A stretch of DNA of 64,000 bases from Sphingomonadaceae bacterium (GCA_050261575.1 JBLNDL010000057.1:1-64000); one strand, 5' to 3'. Counted from the first letter of the stretch, positions 26,354-36,276 are shown. The notes: generated by a model from the sequence alone, not told the origin. Made by a program: numbers and translations.

Positions 26354-27445
26354 TTACTTGGCGTACTCGTAACGCTTGCCTGCGTCGGCGACGGACTGGT
26401 CCTTTGCTTTGCCGTTGGACAGCAAGGTTTCCCGGGGGACGAGGTTGACGAACTCTTCGGTCTTCTGGTCAGAGCGGCAGAAGAGGAGCGATGCGCCTCG
26501 ATGCTTCTGGCTGGCGCCGTAGAACGCGTCCTTGGCGAAGTGGTCGATGGCAGACTTGAGGTCTCCAACCGAGAAGGTCAGGAGTCGCCTGCCTATGTCC
26601 TCTCGCGGACACACCTTGGCTCTCGGTTGGATCCGCATCCGGTAGTGAGTCCAGACCTCGTCGATCCGCGGATCGGTCAGATCCACGCGAGGTTTCGAGC
26701 GCCGCTTGCTCTTGTCCTTGCCTTTGTCCAGCCCCTCCCCGGCCGCGTCAGCGGCCGCCTTCTGGTCCCCTCCCGAACCCTCCCCTATTGGGGATTCAGA
26801 TATAGATTCTTTTTGGGATGGGTTTGGGTGTGGGTTTGGGTGCCTGGTTCCGATCTGGTCAGGATCTAGTTCCGGATCTAGTTCGGATCTAGTTCCGAAG
26901 ATTAGTAGCTTCATGCCTGCTTCTTTCAGGCTGCGGCCTGCCTTAGCAGCGCTGCATCCCCTGCAGGAGACGACGATGTTTTCAACGGTGTTTGGTTCGG
27001 TCGGATCGACGCGGCTATATGTGGCGCCGAGCGGGGATTTTCGATCCTTCCAATTGACGTTTCTTCCGCAATATCTGCAGCGATCCTTGTCCCTTTCCCT
27101 GATTGCAGCCTGCAGAGTGGGGTTGGAGTAGAGCTCTTTCCGGAGGGCCGCTTGCTCGCGTTCGGAGGCAATCTCCTCGGCGGAGGGTTGATAGTGCAGG
27201 TAGTCGTGGATGCGGTAGCCGCCTTCTGTGGGCTCCCAGAGACACACCCTCAAGAGGCGAGCGACGAGCGCCTTCTTCCTCTTCCCCTGCACAAAGCGTT
27301 GGACGATTGCGTCTGGCACCAGACCATTCGTCTTGTGGTGATTGCTCCATGCCAGGCAGGCAGCCCACAGCCAAAAACCATCGGCTTCGGCCGCGAGGAA
27401 TTTGGGGTGGTCGTACCAGTCGTCACTAAGGCGTACCCAGGTCAT
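26354..27445 (-). CDS. Phage replication initiator with degenerate HNH-like insert
   Basis: MTWVRLSDDWYDHPK..IHDYLHYQ N-domain; CRYCG..SCRGC; upstream of dnaB; internal iterons. Confidence 0.8.
   Translation of the reverse strand: MTWVRLSDDWYDHPKFLAAEADGFWLWAACLAWSNHHKTNGLVPDAIVQRFVQGKRKKALVARLLRVCLWEPTEGGYRIHDYLHYQPSAEEIASEREQAALRKELYSNPTLQAAIRERDKDRCRYCGRNVNWKDRKSPLGATYSRVDPTEPNTVENIVVSCRGCSAAKAGRSLKEAGMKLLIFGTRSELDPELDPDQIGTRHPNPHPNPSQKESISESPIGEGSGGDQKAAADAAGEGLDKGKDKSKRRSKPRVDLTDPRIDEVWTHYRMRIQPRAKVCPREDIGRRLLTFSVGDLKSAIDHFAKDAFYGASQKHRGASLLFCRSDQKTEEFVNLVPRETLLSNGKAKDQSVADAGKRYEYAK
26851..26896. repeat. Iteron-like direct repeats GGATCTAGTTC(C) x3 plus one degenerate copy; putative phage origin
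   Basis: Copies at 26862, 26874, 26885; degenerate CGATCTGGTCA at 26851. Confidence 0.7.
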
Positions 27446-27698
27446 CTACATGACCCCCTGCTGAACAGAGATGGCACGAACGTACAGACGCATGAAGGCG
27501 CCGCCGGAACTGGCCAACCGCGGCAAGGCTAGTCCCATCGACAGGCACGGAGAATGCAGTGGAGGGACTGAGTCGTATGCCATGACTCACCTACCTTGCC
27601 GCGGGCTGGATACTGGCACTATCCGGCCCGCTTGGTTTTCAAGAGCCAACTTGCTCCAGGGTCTAAGAGAGCCCGGGGCAAGCTGCCCCAGGCTGTAC

Positions 27699-28106
27699 CT
27701 AGCGGATCCGGGACTCCAGTTCGGATAGACCGCTTCGAACGCTCTGGACCGCGTTGTCGGATCGCCTGTTGTGGAAGTCGAGCATCTTCTCGAATCTCTC
27801 CTCTGCAGCCTCGAGTTGATTGCCGAGGCGCTCGATCCTCCTTTCAAGCCCCTCCAGATAGCCGAACAGGGCTACGTTGTTAGAGATCCCCAGCTCTTCC
27901 ATCCGTCTCTCACGACGAGCTTTCTCCTGGGCCTCCCACTCGGCCTTCTTCGCGGCCGCGAACGCGGCAAGCTCCTCCCGATGAGCCTCGAAGCCCTCGG
28001 TCTCCTCCAGGTCCCAGGTGGGATCCGACTCCCATTGGCCTTTGAGATACTCGATCTCCTCTCGGGATCGGATCCTCGGGATCTGGACCTCCTCTGCCAC
28101 GGTCAT
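27699..28106 (-). CDS. Hypothetical coiled-coil phage protein
   Basis: EIEYLKGQWESDPTWDLEETEGFEAHREEL; RBS GAGGTGG. Confidence 0.7.
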   Translation of the reverse strand: MTVAEEVQIPRIRSREEIEYLKGQWESDPTWDLEETEGFEAHREELAAFAAAKKAEWEAQEKARRERRMEELGISNNVALFGYLEGLERRIERLGNQLEAAEERFEKMLDFHNRRSDNAVQSVRSGLSELESRIR

Positions 28107-28126
28107 CTACCACCTCTTTCATCTGC

Positions 28127-29803
28127 TCAGAAAAGGGGGCGCCGCCGACGTCGGCGCCCCTGATCGGATCTAACCCAGGATGCCTTCGGGACCAACATCT
28201 CGAGATCGTCCTTCATGGCAGCGAGGTCGGCCTTGGCCTGGCCCTGCAGGACAGCGCAGTAGGCAGGGCTGAGGTCTTGCTCGGCGTCTCCGGCCCCAGG
28301 GTCGTAGCCGGAGAGGGCGATTGTCAGCAGCCGGTAGAGGGTGGCGATTGCGGCGTCGGTAAGCCGGACCCCGGTACCCTTCAGGAACCTCCGGACGCCA
28401 GCTTTGTTGTGGGCGACGGTCTCGGTGTTCTGCCACCAGGGTTGGGGTTCGGCCAATCTGGCCGACTCGGCGAGGGCCAGGATGCGATCGGCGAGGCCCG
28501 TCGGGATCTCCTCGGGCAAGTTCGCGGCAATGTGACCAGCGCCGGGCTCAGAGGGCTCCGACTGCTCCTCCTCGATCCTGCCCTCCTCCGGATCGAGCTC
28601 AGCGTTCTCGGCGACGGCGTCCTGGGCGGGGTCCTCGTGGACCTGGTCGGCGTCCTCCTGAGAGGGCTCCTCAGTCTCCCGCGGCGCCTCCACGAATGGG
28701 ACGAGCCTGCCGCCGTCGACGACGAACCGCTGTCCGTTGGGGCCCTCCAGGATCATTCCCTCCGCCATGCCAGGGTCCGGTCGCTCGGGCTCAGGCTCGA
28801 CGATCCGTGGCGGGACGAAGGAGGCCGCGGCCGCGGCGGTGTGGAAGCGCTTGCTGGCGGCCCTGTGAAGAACCGGGTAGGCGGATGCCCGAGGATCCTC
28901 GATCAGCTGTGGCGCGTTCTTGGTCGCCTGAATTCCGAGCCACTCCAGGAAGGCGGCCGCGTCGGCCTCGTTGAGTTCGCCCGCGTTGTTCTTGCCGAAC
29001 ATCGCATGGAGAAGCTCGTGGCGCCGTACCTCGTCGATCCCCAATTCCTTGCAGATCGCGTGGATTGCTGCGTTCTGGCCGGGCGTCAGAAGGTTGCCCC
29101 CAGGGCGTTGATCCAGGACTCGGCCATCGGGAGAGAGCCAGTCCGCGGCTTGGGCGCGCTCATCATCCCGATCGAATTCCGCCTCATCCGGAAGATCGCG
29201 GAACGGTAGCGGAGTGTTGTAGAGGGACCGGAGTGCCCGCTTGGTCGCCCGCACTTCCGCCAGTTGGTTGGGCCGCTGTTTGGCAACAGGGTTCTGATCG
29301 CTGCTGACGTTGACCTCACCCCAGCCGGTGACCGGCCGCATCTCCCCCGTCTTGGGATCGACCCAATCTGACCGATAAGCGTCGGCCCGCCAAAGGATGA
29401 TCTCCGGCCTACTGGCGCACCCCCACGCCTTCCGCTCCTCTTCCGTGGCAGGTCGGGCAAACACGCCCCGAAATGTGGCGTTGTTCTGGGCGATCCGAAG
29501 GCGCCCCTCCAGGGGGAAGAATGGCTTGCCGCGGTAGACCGTGATCTCGTTGAGGAACGGGTCCAGGTTGTAGGCGATGGCCGCCTTGGCAAGCACCATC
29601 GCGAGGTGTTTGTTCTGCCTCAGGTCATCCGGAAACTGAGCCTGGAGAGTGGTCGCGAGGCTCGTCGCCTCCTCATCCGGAACCGCCATGGTCCGCTGGT
29701 CGGGACGGTAGATCACGACGCCCTTGGAGTCGAGAATTGGCTCGGCGCCGACGGGCTTCGTTGCGGTGGGGAGCGGTGCCTCCCCGGTGCCATTGTTGCT
29801 CAC
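28127..29803 (-). CDS. RecT/Bet-like single-strand annealing protein with long C-terminal extension
   Basis: LDPFLNEI..EGRLRIA..RATKRALR pattern; adjacent to Gp157. Confidence 0.7.
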   Translation of the reverse strand: MSNNGTGEAPLPTATKPVGAEPILDSKGVVIYRPDQRTMAVPDEEATSLATTLQAQFPDDLRQNKHLAMVLAKAAIAYNLDPFLNEITVYRGKPFFPLEGRLRIAQNNATFRGVFARPATEEERKAWGCASRPEIILWRADAYRSDWVDPKTGEMRPVTGWGEVNVSSDQNPVAKQRPNQLAEVRATKRALRSLYNTPLPFRDLPDEAEFDRDDERAQAADWLSPDGRVLDQRPGGNLLTPGQNAAIHAICKELGIDEVRRHELLHAMFGKNNAGELNEADAAAFLEWLGIQATKNAPQLIEDPRASAYPVLHRAASKRFHTAAAAASFVPPRIVEPEPERPDPGMAEGMILEGPNGQRFVVDGGRLVPFVEAPRETEEPSQEDADQVHEDPAQDAVAENAELDPEEGRIEEEQSEPSEPGAGHIAANLPEEIPTGLADRILALAESARLAEPQPWWQNTETVAHNKAGVRRFLKGTGVRLTDAAIATLYRLLTIALSGYDPGAGDAEQDLSPAYCAVLQGQAKADLAAMKDDLEMLVPKASWVRSDQGRRRRRRPLF

Positions 29804-30030
29804 TGCTGTTCCTCCTTGCCTATCCCGTTAAGGGACTGGATGGCCTCGTCGATCTTCCCTATCGCCCGGGCGAGGGAATGGCGCGCCCAACGAAGGCGCT
29901 TGATCGTTTCCCCTCGGCCGCGGCCGGCCTTGATCTCCACCTTCTCGGCTCGCCGGATGGAGGTCAGGGTCAGATCGACGTCCTCCCGATTGCGGCCGGC
30001 CATGCCGGCGAGCCTGGCGATCTCCCCCAT
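29800..30030 (-). CDS. Small hypothetical protein
   Basis: Start and stop overlap both neighbours. Confidence 0.55.
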   Translation of the reverse strand: MGEIARLAGMAGRNREDVDLTLTSIRRAEKVEIKAGRGRGETIKRLRWARHSLARAIGKIDEAIQSLNGIGKEEQQ

Positions 30031-30632
30031 TACCGGATCTCCAGCCTCTCCCCTCGGGTGAAGACGACGCCGGGGATCTCCTCGCCGGCCTTGTGGGCGG
30101 CCTTGATCGCGTTCTTGTCCGGCGACTCCGAGATCTCGATCCGGATGTACTTCCTGGGTATTGCAGCCTGGTCGACGACCTGGACCGCCTCGGGATTGAG
30201 TCGTACCGCAAAGGTAAACTTGGTGCCGTTGACCTCGGAGAGCCCGGCGCGCTTCAACTGCGATAAGGCGTACGCCTTGAGGCCCTCGCTCCTCCGATCG
30301 ATGGCTGCCTTGCGGGCAGACAGCCGGGCGATCTCCTCGCCGATCGCCTTAGAAGAGGCCTCGAACTCCCTGAGGATCGACCCGATCCCGTCGAACTTCG
30401 CCTCCAGTGCGAGGTTGATGGCCGATAGCCGCACCCCGGCCAGTTCGATTGCCTCCTGTCCCTCTTGAGTCGATGGATCCGCCTCCAGGATCATCGCCAT
30501 GGCGGCGACGAACGCCGGCGCGAGCTCGTAGAGCTTGAGGGATCGATAGGCCGAGAGGTCGAGGCCTGGCTCTTCCTCTGGGGGTACCGGCGGCGGTACC
30601 AGGGCCTGGGTTTCCGTTTGCTGTTCCGCCAC
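30030..30632 (-). CDS. Siphovirus Gp157 family protein
   Basis: KLYEL..EEIARL..LKAY..DKNAIKAAHKAGEEIPG..LEIR. Confidence 0.88.
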   Translation of the reverse strand: MAEQQTETQALVPPPVPPEEEPGLDLSAYRSLKLYELAPAFVAAMAMILEADPSTQEGQEAIELAGVRLSAINLALEAKFDGIGSILREFEASSKAIGEEIARLSARKAAIDRRSEGLKAYALSQLKRAGLSEVNGTKFTFAVRLNPEAVQVVDQAAIPRKYIRIEISESPDKNAIKAAHKAGEEIPGVVFTRGERLEIR

Positions 30633-30678
30633 TTCTTTCCTCCACTGAATGCGCCCGTGGATGGGCGCCTGCTCTGCC

Positions 30679-31092
30679 CTATGCCTGGGGCAAGAGATTG
30701 GGATCCTCCGTCATAGCGATGATCCGGCGACCGGCCTGGGCCGCCTCGAAGTTGTGGCCGAAGGACTGCGTAACGGGGTCCAGGTCCTGCGCATCGTCCA
30801 ACTGGTCGACCACCCCGAGCAGGGCGACAGCAACCTGGTTGAGCCCCAGGGCAAGGCTGACGTCGCCCTGTGCCAGAGCCCTGCGCTGATCGAGCAGGGT
30901 ATTCTGCAACCGATGCCTCATCTCATCCTCGGCCTGGTCCAGAGCCTGGATGCTGGTGAGAGCATTGCGCTGCATCGCCATGGCGCCAACCACGTTGTAG
31001 CCCTCCGACTGGATCTCAATCCGGCGAGCCGTCGCCCGACTCCTGGGCGACAACCGTTGCAGTCGCTCCCTCCGTTCCGGTACGATGCTCAT
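30679..31092 (-). CDS. Hypothetical phage protein
   Basis: RBS AAGGAG before MSIVPE. Confidence 0.6.
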   Translation of the reverse strand: MSIVPERRERLQRLSPRSRATARRIEIQSEGYNVVGAMAMQRNALTSIQALDQAEDEMRHRLQNTLLDQRRALAQGDVSLALGLNQVAVALLGVVDQLDDAQDLDPVTQSFGHNFEAAQAGRRIIAMTEDPNLLPQA

Positions 31093-31272
31093 GGTTGATC
31101 GTTCTCCTTCTGGCTGGCCCCGCCGCCGTTGCCCCGCCGGCGGGGCCACTTCAGTTGCTGTTCCTTCCATTTCGCCCGATCGCAGGGATGGCCATCCCCG
31201 TCAAGATCGGGAGCCTCCGGTCCTCGTCTCTCCTCCTCCTGCCCTGCCTCCTTTCCGATCGCCGACGGGCGA

Positions 31273-31668
31273 TCACGTCTGATGGTCGCGTTCCCATCGG
31301 GCTTGCACCCGACTATCTCGGTAGGCCTCAAGGTCGGAGGGGCGAAAGAACCGCCGGCCGCCGATCTTGATGCTCTTGACCGCATTGGACTTGATGAGCT
31401 GGTAGAGGCTGTCCCTGGAGATCCCGAGAAACTGCATGGCCGCCTCTACGTTCAGGTTGGCACCGCCCCCCGAAGACACCTCTGGTTGAGGGTCACGAGG
31501 ACGCGCGCTCTGAAGAGCAGCCGATAACCCCACCGAGACCTCAATAGTGAGGAGGCGCGCGAACGCCTGGGCGAGGTCGGCGACGGCGATCTCGACCGCC
31601 TGAACTGCAGCAGCTCGCTCGCCGGCAAGCTCTGACGGGACGACCTCGAAGGCTCTTCCCCGTGTCAC
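31273..31668 (-). CDS. Excisionase-like HTH protein
   Basis: LNVEAAMQFLGISRDSLYQLI..KIGGRRFF..DLEAY. Confidence 0.85.
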   Translation of the reverse strand: MTRGRAFEVVPSELAGERAAAVQAVEIAVADLAQAFARLLTIEVSVGLSAALQSARPRDPQPEVSSGGGANLNVEAAMQFLGISRDSLYQLIKSNAVKSIKIGGRRFFRPSDLEAYRDSRVQARWERDHQT

Positions 31669-31898
31669 TGCAGCAATCCCTCCTGCTGGGCCAATTGGGC
31701 GGTCTTGGCGTCTTCCGCTAACCAGTACGCGAGCTCGGGCCACCGAGCCAGCATGGCGAGAATGACGTGCGTGCTCGGCTCCCGTTCACCCCGCACTATG
31801 CGGGACCAAAGGGAATGGGATATGCCCACCTCTTGGCAGAAGCGTCGTACTGACTTACCAGCCCTCTTCTCCTCGACCTTTTGAATGAACAGGCGCAT
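31665..31898 (-). CDS. Cro-like XRE HTH regulator
   Basis: SVRRFCQEVGISHSLWSRIVRGEREP; divergent from repressor. Confidence 0.85.
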   Translation of the reverse strand: MRLFIQKVEEKRAGKSVRRFCQEVGISHSLWSRIVRGEREPSTHVILAMLARWPELAYWLAEDAKTAQLAQQEGLLQ

Positions 31899-31919
31899 CT
31901 CCCCTCCTTTGGCCGGCGT

Positions 31920-32046
31920 GCGCACCATCGTTGCGTTAACGCACCACATCGTACAACCCCGTGGTGCCTCTTGTCAACACTTGGAACAAACTTCGTCCAG
32001 CGGAATTGGGTTCATCGGCGCACCATCTGTGTACAATGGGCACCAG
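31920..32046. promoter_or_regulatory. Lysis-lysogeny switch: divergent promoters and repeated GCACCA half-sites
   Basis: Leftward TTGACA (31972-77)-18-TACGAT; rightward TACAAT (32032-37); GCACCA at 31922, 31941, 32020, 32040 and inverted at 31962. Confidence 0.6.
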
Positions 32047-32064
32047 TTTGAAGTAGGAGTGAAG

Positions 32065-32679
32065 ATGCAGGGCTGCACACTGGCTGAAGTGGTCAAGAGG
32101 GAAAGAAAGAAGAGGGGCTGGTCAACTCGCCAACTGGGAGAGAAGGCCGGCGTATCTCATTCGACAATCTCCCGCATTGAGTCTGGCGAACGGGTGGATA
32201 TCGCCGTCGAGACACTCAGGCGCATTGCCGGTGCCTTAGGGATGAAGCCTGAGGAGTTGCTTGCATCCGCCGAAATGGCTGGCCCCTTACCAGAAGACCG
32301 TACCTTCGGTGCCCGACTCCGATCCGCCAGAATGCGACGCAAACTCACCGTCGACCAACTCGCCGCCAGGGTCCGGGTCTCCCCCGAGTACATCGCGGAC
32401 TTGGAGTCCGATCGCACACATGAGTTCACCCCCGAGGTTTTGAGGGATCTCGCGAAGGCGCTCGGCGTCGACATCTGGGAGATGTTGATCGCCGCGGGCA
32501 TCATCGAGTCCTATCCCGAGTTTCGGGACTACGCCCGCCAGAAGTACGACGTCCGAGCTGAGGATGAGGACATCATCACTACCATAGAGGTGCTACTCAG
32601 GAGGCTACGGGAGAAGGATGCTGATCGACGACGACGTGAGCAGAGTGAAGGATCTGGCGGAGAAGGTCCTGCGGAATAG
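32065..32679 (+). CDS. Prophage repressor with two tandem XRE HTH domains
   Basis: Two HTH_3 motifs (STRQLGEKAGVSHSTISRIESG; TVDQLAARVRVSPEYIADLES); RBS AGGAG. Confidence 0.88.
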   Translation: MQGCTLAEVVKRERKKRGWSTRQLGEKAGVSHSTISRIESGERVDIAVETLRRIAGALGMKPEELLASAEMAGPLPEDRTFGARLRSARMRRKLTVDQLAARVRVSPEYIADLESDRTHEFTPEVLRDLAKALGVDIWEMLIAAGIIESYPEFRDYARQKYDVRAEDEDIITTIEVLLRRLREKDADRRRREQSEGSGGEGPAE

Positions 32680-33130
32680 CAGTTGCTCAAAGCCCCCTGT
32701 GAACGTCAACCTCATCGGTCTCTTCGATCCCGGCAAGCCCGTAATCGTCCACCCGGTTCCTCTGAACGGTCACAGAGGTAAGCTGCTTGATCAGGGCGAC
32801 GAGTGGCACATCCTGGTCAACCGGAACGACCCACAGGTGTCCCAGCGGTTCACCATCCTACATGAAGGTTTCCACGTGCTGCGCCGTGTCCGGAATGTGG
32901 CGCTGGCGTCCACCGGTTCCGATCTCGAGATCCTGGCTGATCTCTTCGCCGCTTGCGTATTGATGCCGGAAGAGTGGGTTCGGGATCGCTGGCCAAAGGT
33001 GAAGGAGTTGTGGAGGCTGGCATCGATCTTCCAGGTCAGTCAATCAGCGATGAAGGTCCGCCTCCAGGAACTCGGTCTGTCAGACAACGCAACTCGTGGT
33101 TTGTCGCTCGAGCTCAAGGCGCAGGACTGA
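32618..33130 (+). CDS. ImmA/IrrE family metallopeptidase (anti-repressor)
   Basis: QRFTILHEGFH (HExxH), E..AD.FAACVLMP, FQVS..AM.VRL. Confidence 0.9.
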   Translation: MLIDDDVSRVKDLAEKVLRNSSCSKPPVNVNLIGLFDPGKPVIVHPVPLNGHRGKLLDQGDEWHILVNRNDPQVSQRFTILHEGFHVLRRVRNVALASTGSDLEILADLFAACVLMPEEWVRDRWPKVKELWRLASIFQVSQSAMKVRLQELGLSDNATRGLSLELKAQD

Positions 33131-33175
33131 CTGAGTAGCCGTAGCTCATGCACCAATCGACGAAGGAGGAAGACC

Positions 33176-33775
33176 ATGTCCGGAGTCTCGATCCGCCACA
33201 CCGACCCTTCGCAAGAGACCGCGACGCTTCAGAAGGTGGCCACCGACATCGCATCCATCCTGACGTCGAGCGAGGAGATCCTCTACATCGCCCTACAGAA
33301 CAGAACGGCCATCTCGCCGAAGAAGGACTCCGCGGTTGCCACGACGAACCGCATTATCCTCTACAAGCCTCAGATCCTCGGCCGCTTCAACTTCTCGGAC
33401 TTCCATTGGCAGGACGTCAAGGATGTGACTCTCAAGCAGGGTATCCTCTCGAGCGACGTGGTAGTTGAGACAGTCGACGGTCGAAAGGACAGCGTCGGCA
33501 ACATCGACAAGGATCAGGCCCGCCGCCTCTACGGGATATGCCAGCAGCTAGAGCAGGATTGGCGCGAAAAGCGACGGATCCGGCAGATGGAAGAGGATCG
33601 GGCCAAGGCTGGTGGGGTTTACCTGACGGCGCCAGCTCCTGTAGCTGCGGCTCCGGCGGCTACAGTCGAGGATCCTGTGGAGAGGCTGGCAAAGCTGAAG
33701 AGGATGCTCGACCAGAACCTGATCTCCGAAGCCGAGTACGAGAGTGTCAAAGCCAAGATTCTGGCTGAGTTCTAG
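33176..33775 (+). CDS. Bacterial PH-domain plus SHOCT protein (lysogenic cargo)
   Basis: VATTNRIILY PH motif; ERLAKLKRMLDQNLISEAEYESVKAKIL SHOCT motif. Confidence 0.85.
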   Translation: MSGVSIRHTDPSQETATLQKVATDIASILTSSEEILYIALQNRTAISPKKDSAVATTNRIILYKPQILGRFNFSDFHWQDVKDVTLKQGILSSDVVVETVDGRKDSVGNIDKDQARRLYGICQQLEQDWREKRRIRQMEEDRAKAGGVYLTAPAPVAAAPAATVEDPVERLAKLKRMLDQNLISEAEYESVKAKILAEF

Positions 33776-34033
33776 CCGATGGGCTGGAGGAATCGGCCCT
33801 GGGCAGACCAATCTAGAGGAGATCACCGGTAGGGATTTGCGCACATCTGTCTGAACGGTCAATCATCTCCTCCGACATCGACCCGATGAAGGTAGCAGAC
33901 TTGAAGATGTCGTCAGGCCATCTGCGTAGACCGAGGTGGCAAGCGTGAGGTTCAAGCGCTTGGTGGCTCGGGCGAGCAAAGGAGTTGCGGACGCCGTCCG
34001 ACACATCGCCAGTGAAACCGCTAAGAAGGCCAT

Positions 34034-34573
34034 TTGGGGCTCGTAATGATCCGACATCGCCAAAGGATTATCTGCAAGTCCGAAGGATCCGCGAACGGGA
34101 GGCCGAAACGAAAAGGTAGGCTGGAGCGCCAGACCTATCTGGACCATCGGAAGCTGCTCACTGAGCTAGAGACAAAGACCTCGGAGACCTTCGACAAGGC
34201 AATGCTGACATTGCCGGCCGGGGCTCTCGCACTGACAATCACCTTCATTAAGGACATCGCTGGCAGGCCACCCGAGCAACCGGGTTTCCTTCTTCTAGCA
34301 TGTGGAGGCTTCGGGGCATCACTGCTGTCGATACTGTCCGCGCTCGTCTTTGGGCAACTCTCGCAGCGTCGCTTCAGAGATATCATCGACAAGCGTTGGG
34401 AATCCAGGCAGGAGCCAGAGATCCGTCAGTGGTGGCGCAGACTCTGGCATTTCCTCAGTTGGGAGAGGAACTACTGGGCTGCGGCAACGATGCTCCTCAA
34501 CTGGGCATCGGTCGTGGCCTTTCTCTTCGGTGTCGTCTACATCGCGCTGTTCGCTATCGCCAATCTCACCTAA
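34034..34573 (+). CDS. Hypothetical three-TM membrane protein (cargo); start uncertain
   Basis: FDKAMLTLPAGALALTITF; three hydrophobic segments. Confidence 0.65.
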   Translation: MGLVMIRHRQRIICKSEGSANGRPKRKGRLERQTYLDHRKLLTELETKTSETFDKAMLTLPAGALALTITFIKDIAGRPPEQPGFLLLACGGFGASLLSILSALVFGQLSQRRFRDIIDKRWESRQEPEIRQWWRRLWHFLSWERNYWAAATMLLNWASVVAFLFGVVYIALFAIANLT

Positions 34574-35030
34574 GGGAGCCGGAGAAGTGGCGAAGACAAA
34601 GCGGGATCTAACCGAGGTCGACAGAATCCGCCCGGTTCTCACGGGCGATGCCGGCCCGAAACCTCCACGGAAGGCCAGCAAGACCGTGAGGAGCAACCAA
34701 TCAGGCGTAATCGTCAAAAAGGACACGTCCATCAAGCGCAAGGCTGCATCCAGGTCGATGGGTAAGACTATGTCCAGCAGTGACTGCAAGCCGCCACACG
34801 ACAAGAAACCCTAGTGGGCTGATTGACGGAGATGGGGGTTCTAGATGGAGAGAGAAAGCGAAGAGACAAGGCGGGTTGAAAGGAAGCCCGAACGACGAGA
34901 GGACCACCGTGAGGAAACGCGACGAGACAAGCCGGGCGTACCGTCATCACCGGTAGGCGCACCACCGGCACCGGTGAATCCTGGCGAAGCTGGCCCGAGG
35001 CCCACTCGCCGGACCGACGAGTAGCTCATC

Positions 35031-36179
35031 ATGGCGAGAGCCAACGGTGAGGGCACCGTCTACCAACGCAAGAGCGACGACAAGATCGTCGTGGCCATCA
35101 GCTTGCCCGGAGGCGGGAGGAAGGTCTTCTACTCAGACGAGAACGGTCTCCCCTTCAAGACTAAAGCCGCGGGGAAGGCATTCCTCAAAAAGGAGCTAGA
35201 GAAGCTGAGCCAGGGCCTTCCCCTCGGCCCAGGGGAGGAACTGGGAAGCTACCTCCTCAATTGGATGGAGACTGTCGCGAGACCGCGCCTGGATCCGAAG
35301 ACCGCCAAAGACTACGCCGCGATCATCCGCCTCCACATTCTGCCGAAACTCGGGAGCTGCCCCATCAACAAGCTGAGCGGCCCTCTGCTGGCCGAACTCT
35401 ATACTGAGAAGCTGAAGGCGTTGTCTCCACGGCGCGTGCAGTACATCCACGCTGTCATTCATACAGCGATGGAGCAGGCGGTCAAGTGGCGATTCATCCC
35501 CCGCAACCCGGCCGATGACGTCGAGGCTCCGAAGGTCACAAAAAGGGACCCGCATATTCTGTCCGTCCACCAGGTCCGGCAACTCCTGGCCGCCGTCCAG
35601 GGGGATCGTCTCGAAGCCCTCTACGTTCTGGCCGTGACGACAGCCATGCGTCAGGGCGAACTGCTGGGTCTCCACTGGGACGAGGTCGACCTGGCCCGCG
35701 GAATGATCCACGTCGTCCACAGCCTCGATCGGCTTGAGAGACAATGGAGGGTCAAGGACCCCAAGACCAAGTTGAGTCGGCGATCCATCAGGCTCACCCA
35801 GTGGGCGGTGCGAGCCCTGCAGGATCACTGGCAGCGCCAGCAGTGGGAGACGGAGCTCGCCGGCGAGCTCTGGCAAGGCAGGAACCTGGTGTTCTGCCGA
35901 GAAAACGGTCTCCCCTTGGACAACAAGAGGGTCACCGAGCGGCACTTTTACCGTTTGCTGAGAAAGCTTAACCTGCCCCCGATGCACTTCCACGATCTCA
36001 GACACACCGCCGCGAGCCTCTACATGCTGATGGGCGTCCCCCCGAAGGTCGTCCAGGAGATGCTCGGCCACAGCACAGTCGTCATGACCCTGGATACCTA
36101 CAGCCACCTCCTACCTGAGATGCAGGAAGAGGCCGTGAGGAAGATGGACAATCTCCTCGGCCCCGGCACCAACGGATAA
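35031..36179 (+). CDS. int: Tyrosine recombinase (phage integrase)
   Basis: RANGEGTVYQR arm-binding domain; MRQGE, HDLRH, LGH..T..TY catalytic residues. Confidence 0.96.
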   Translation: MARANGEGTVYQRKSDDKIVVAISLPGGGRKVFYSDENGLPFKTKAAGKAFLKKELEKLSQGLPLGPGEELGSYLLNWMETVARPRLDPKTAKDYAAIIRLHILPKLGSCPINKLSGPLLAELYTEKLKALSPRRVQYIHAVIHTAMEQAVKWRFIPRNPADDVEAPKVTKRDPHILSVHQVRQLLAAVQGDRLEALYVLAVTTAMRQGELLGLHWDEVDLARGMIHVVHSLDRLERQWRVKDPKTKLSRRSIRLTQWAVRALQDHWQRQQWETELAGELWQGRNLVFCRENGLPLDNKRVTERHFYRLLRKLNLPPMHFHDLRHTAASLYMLMGVPPKVVQEMLGHSTVVMTLDTYSHLLPEMQEEAVRKMDNLLGPGTNG

Positions 36180-36216
36180 TCCCCTTGAATCGCGCTCTCC
36201 GAGGCATCTTTCGATT

Positions 36217-36276
36217 GCGTTGCTACACGCGTTGCTACATACGACGAGCGGGGCGGCCAGTTGGCCGCCCCGCTCG
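36217..36276. repeat. att-region repeats: GCGTTGCTACA x2 and a 15-bp perfect inverted repeat
   Basis: Direct repeats at 36217 and 36229; cgagcggggcggcca-gt-tggccgccccgctcg at 36245-36276. Confidence 0.7.
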
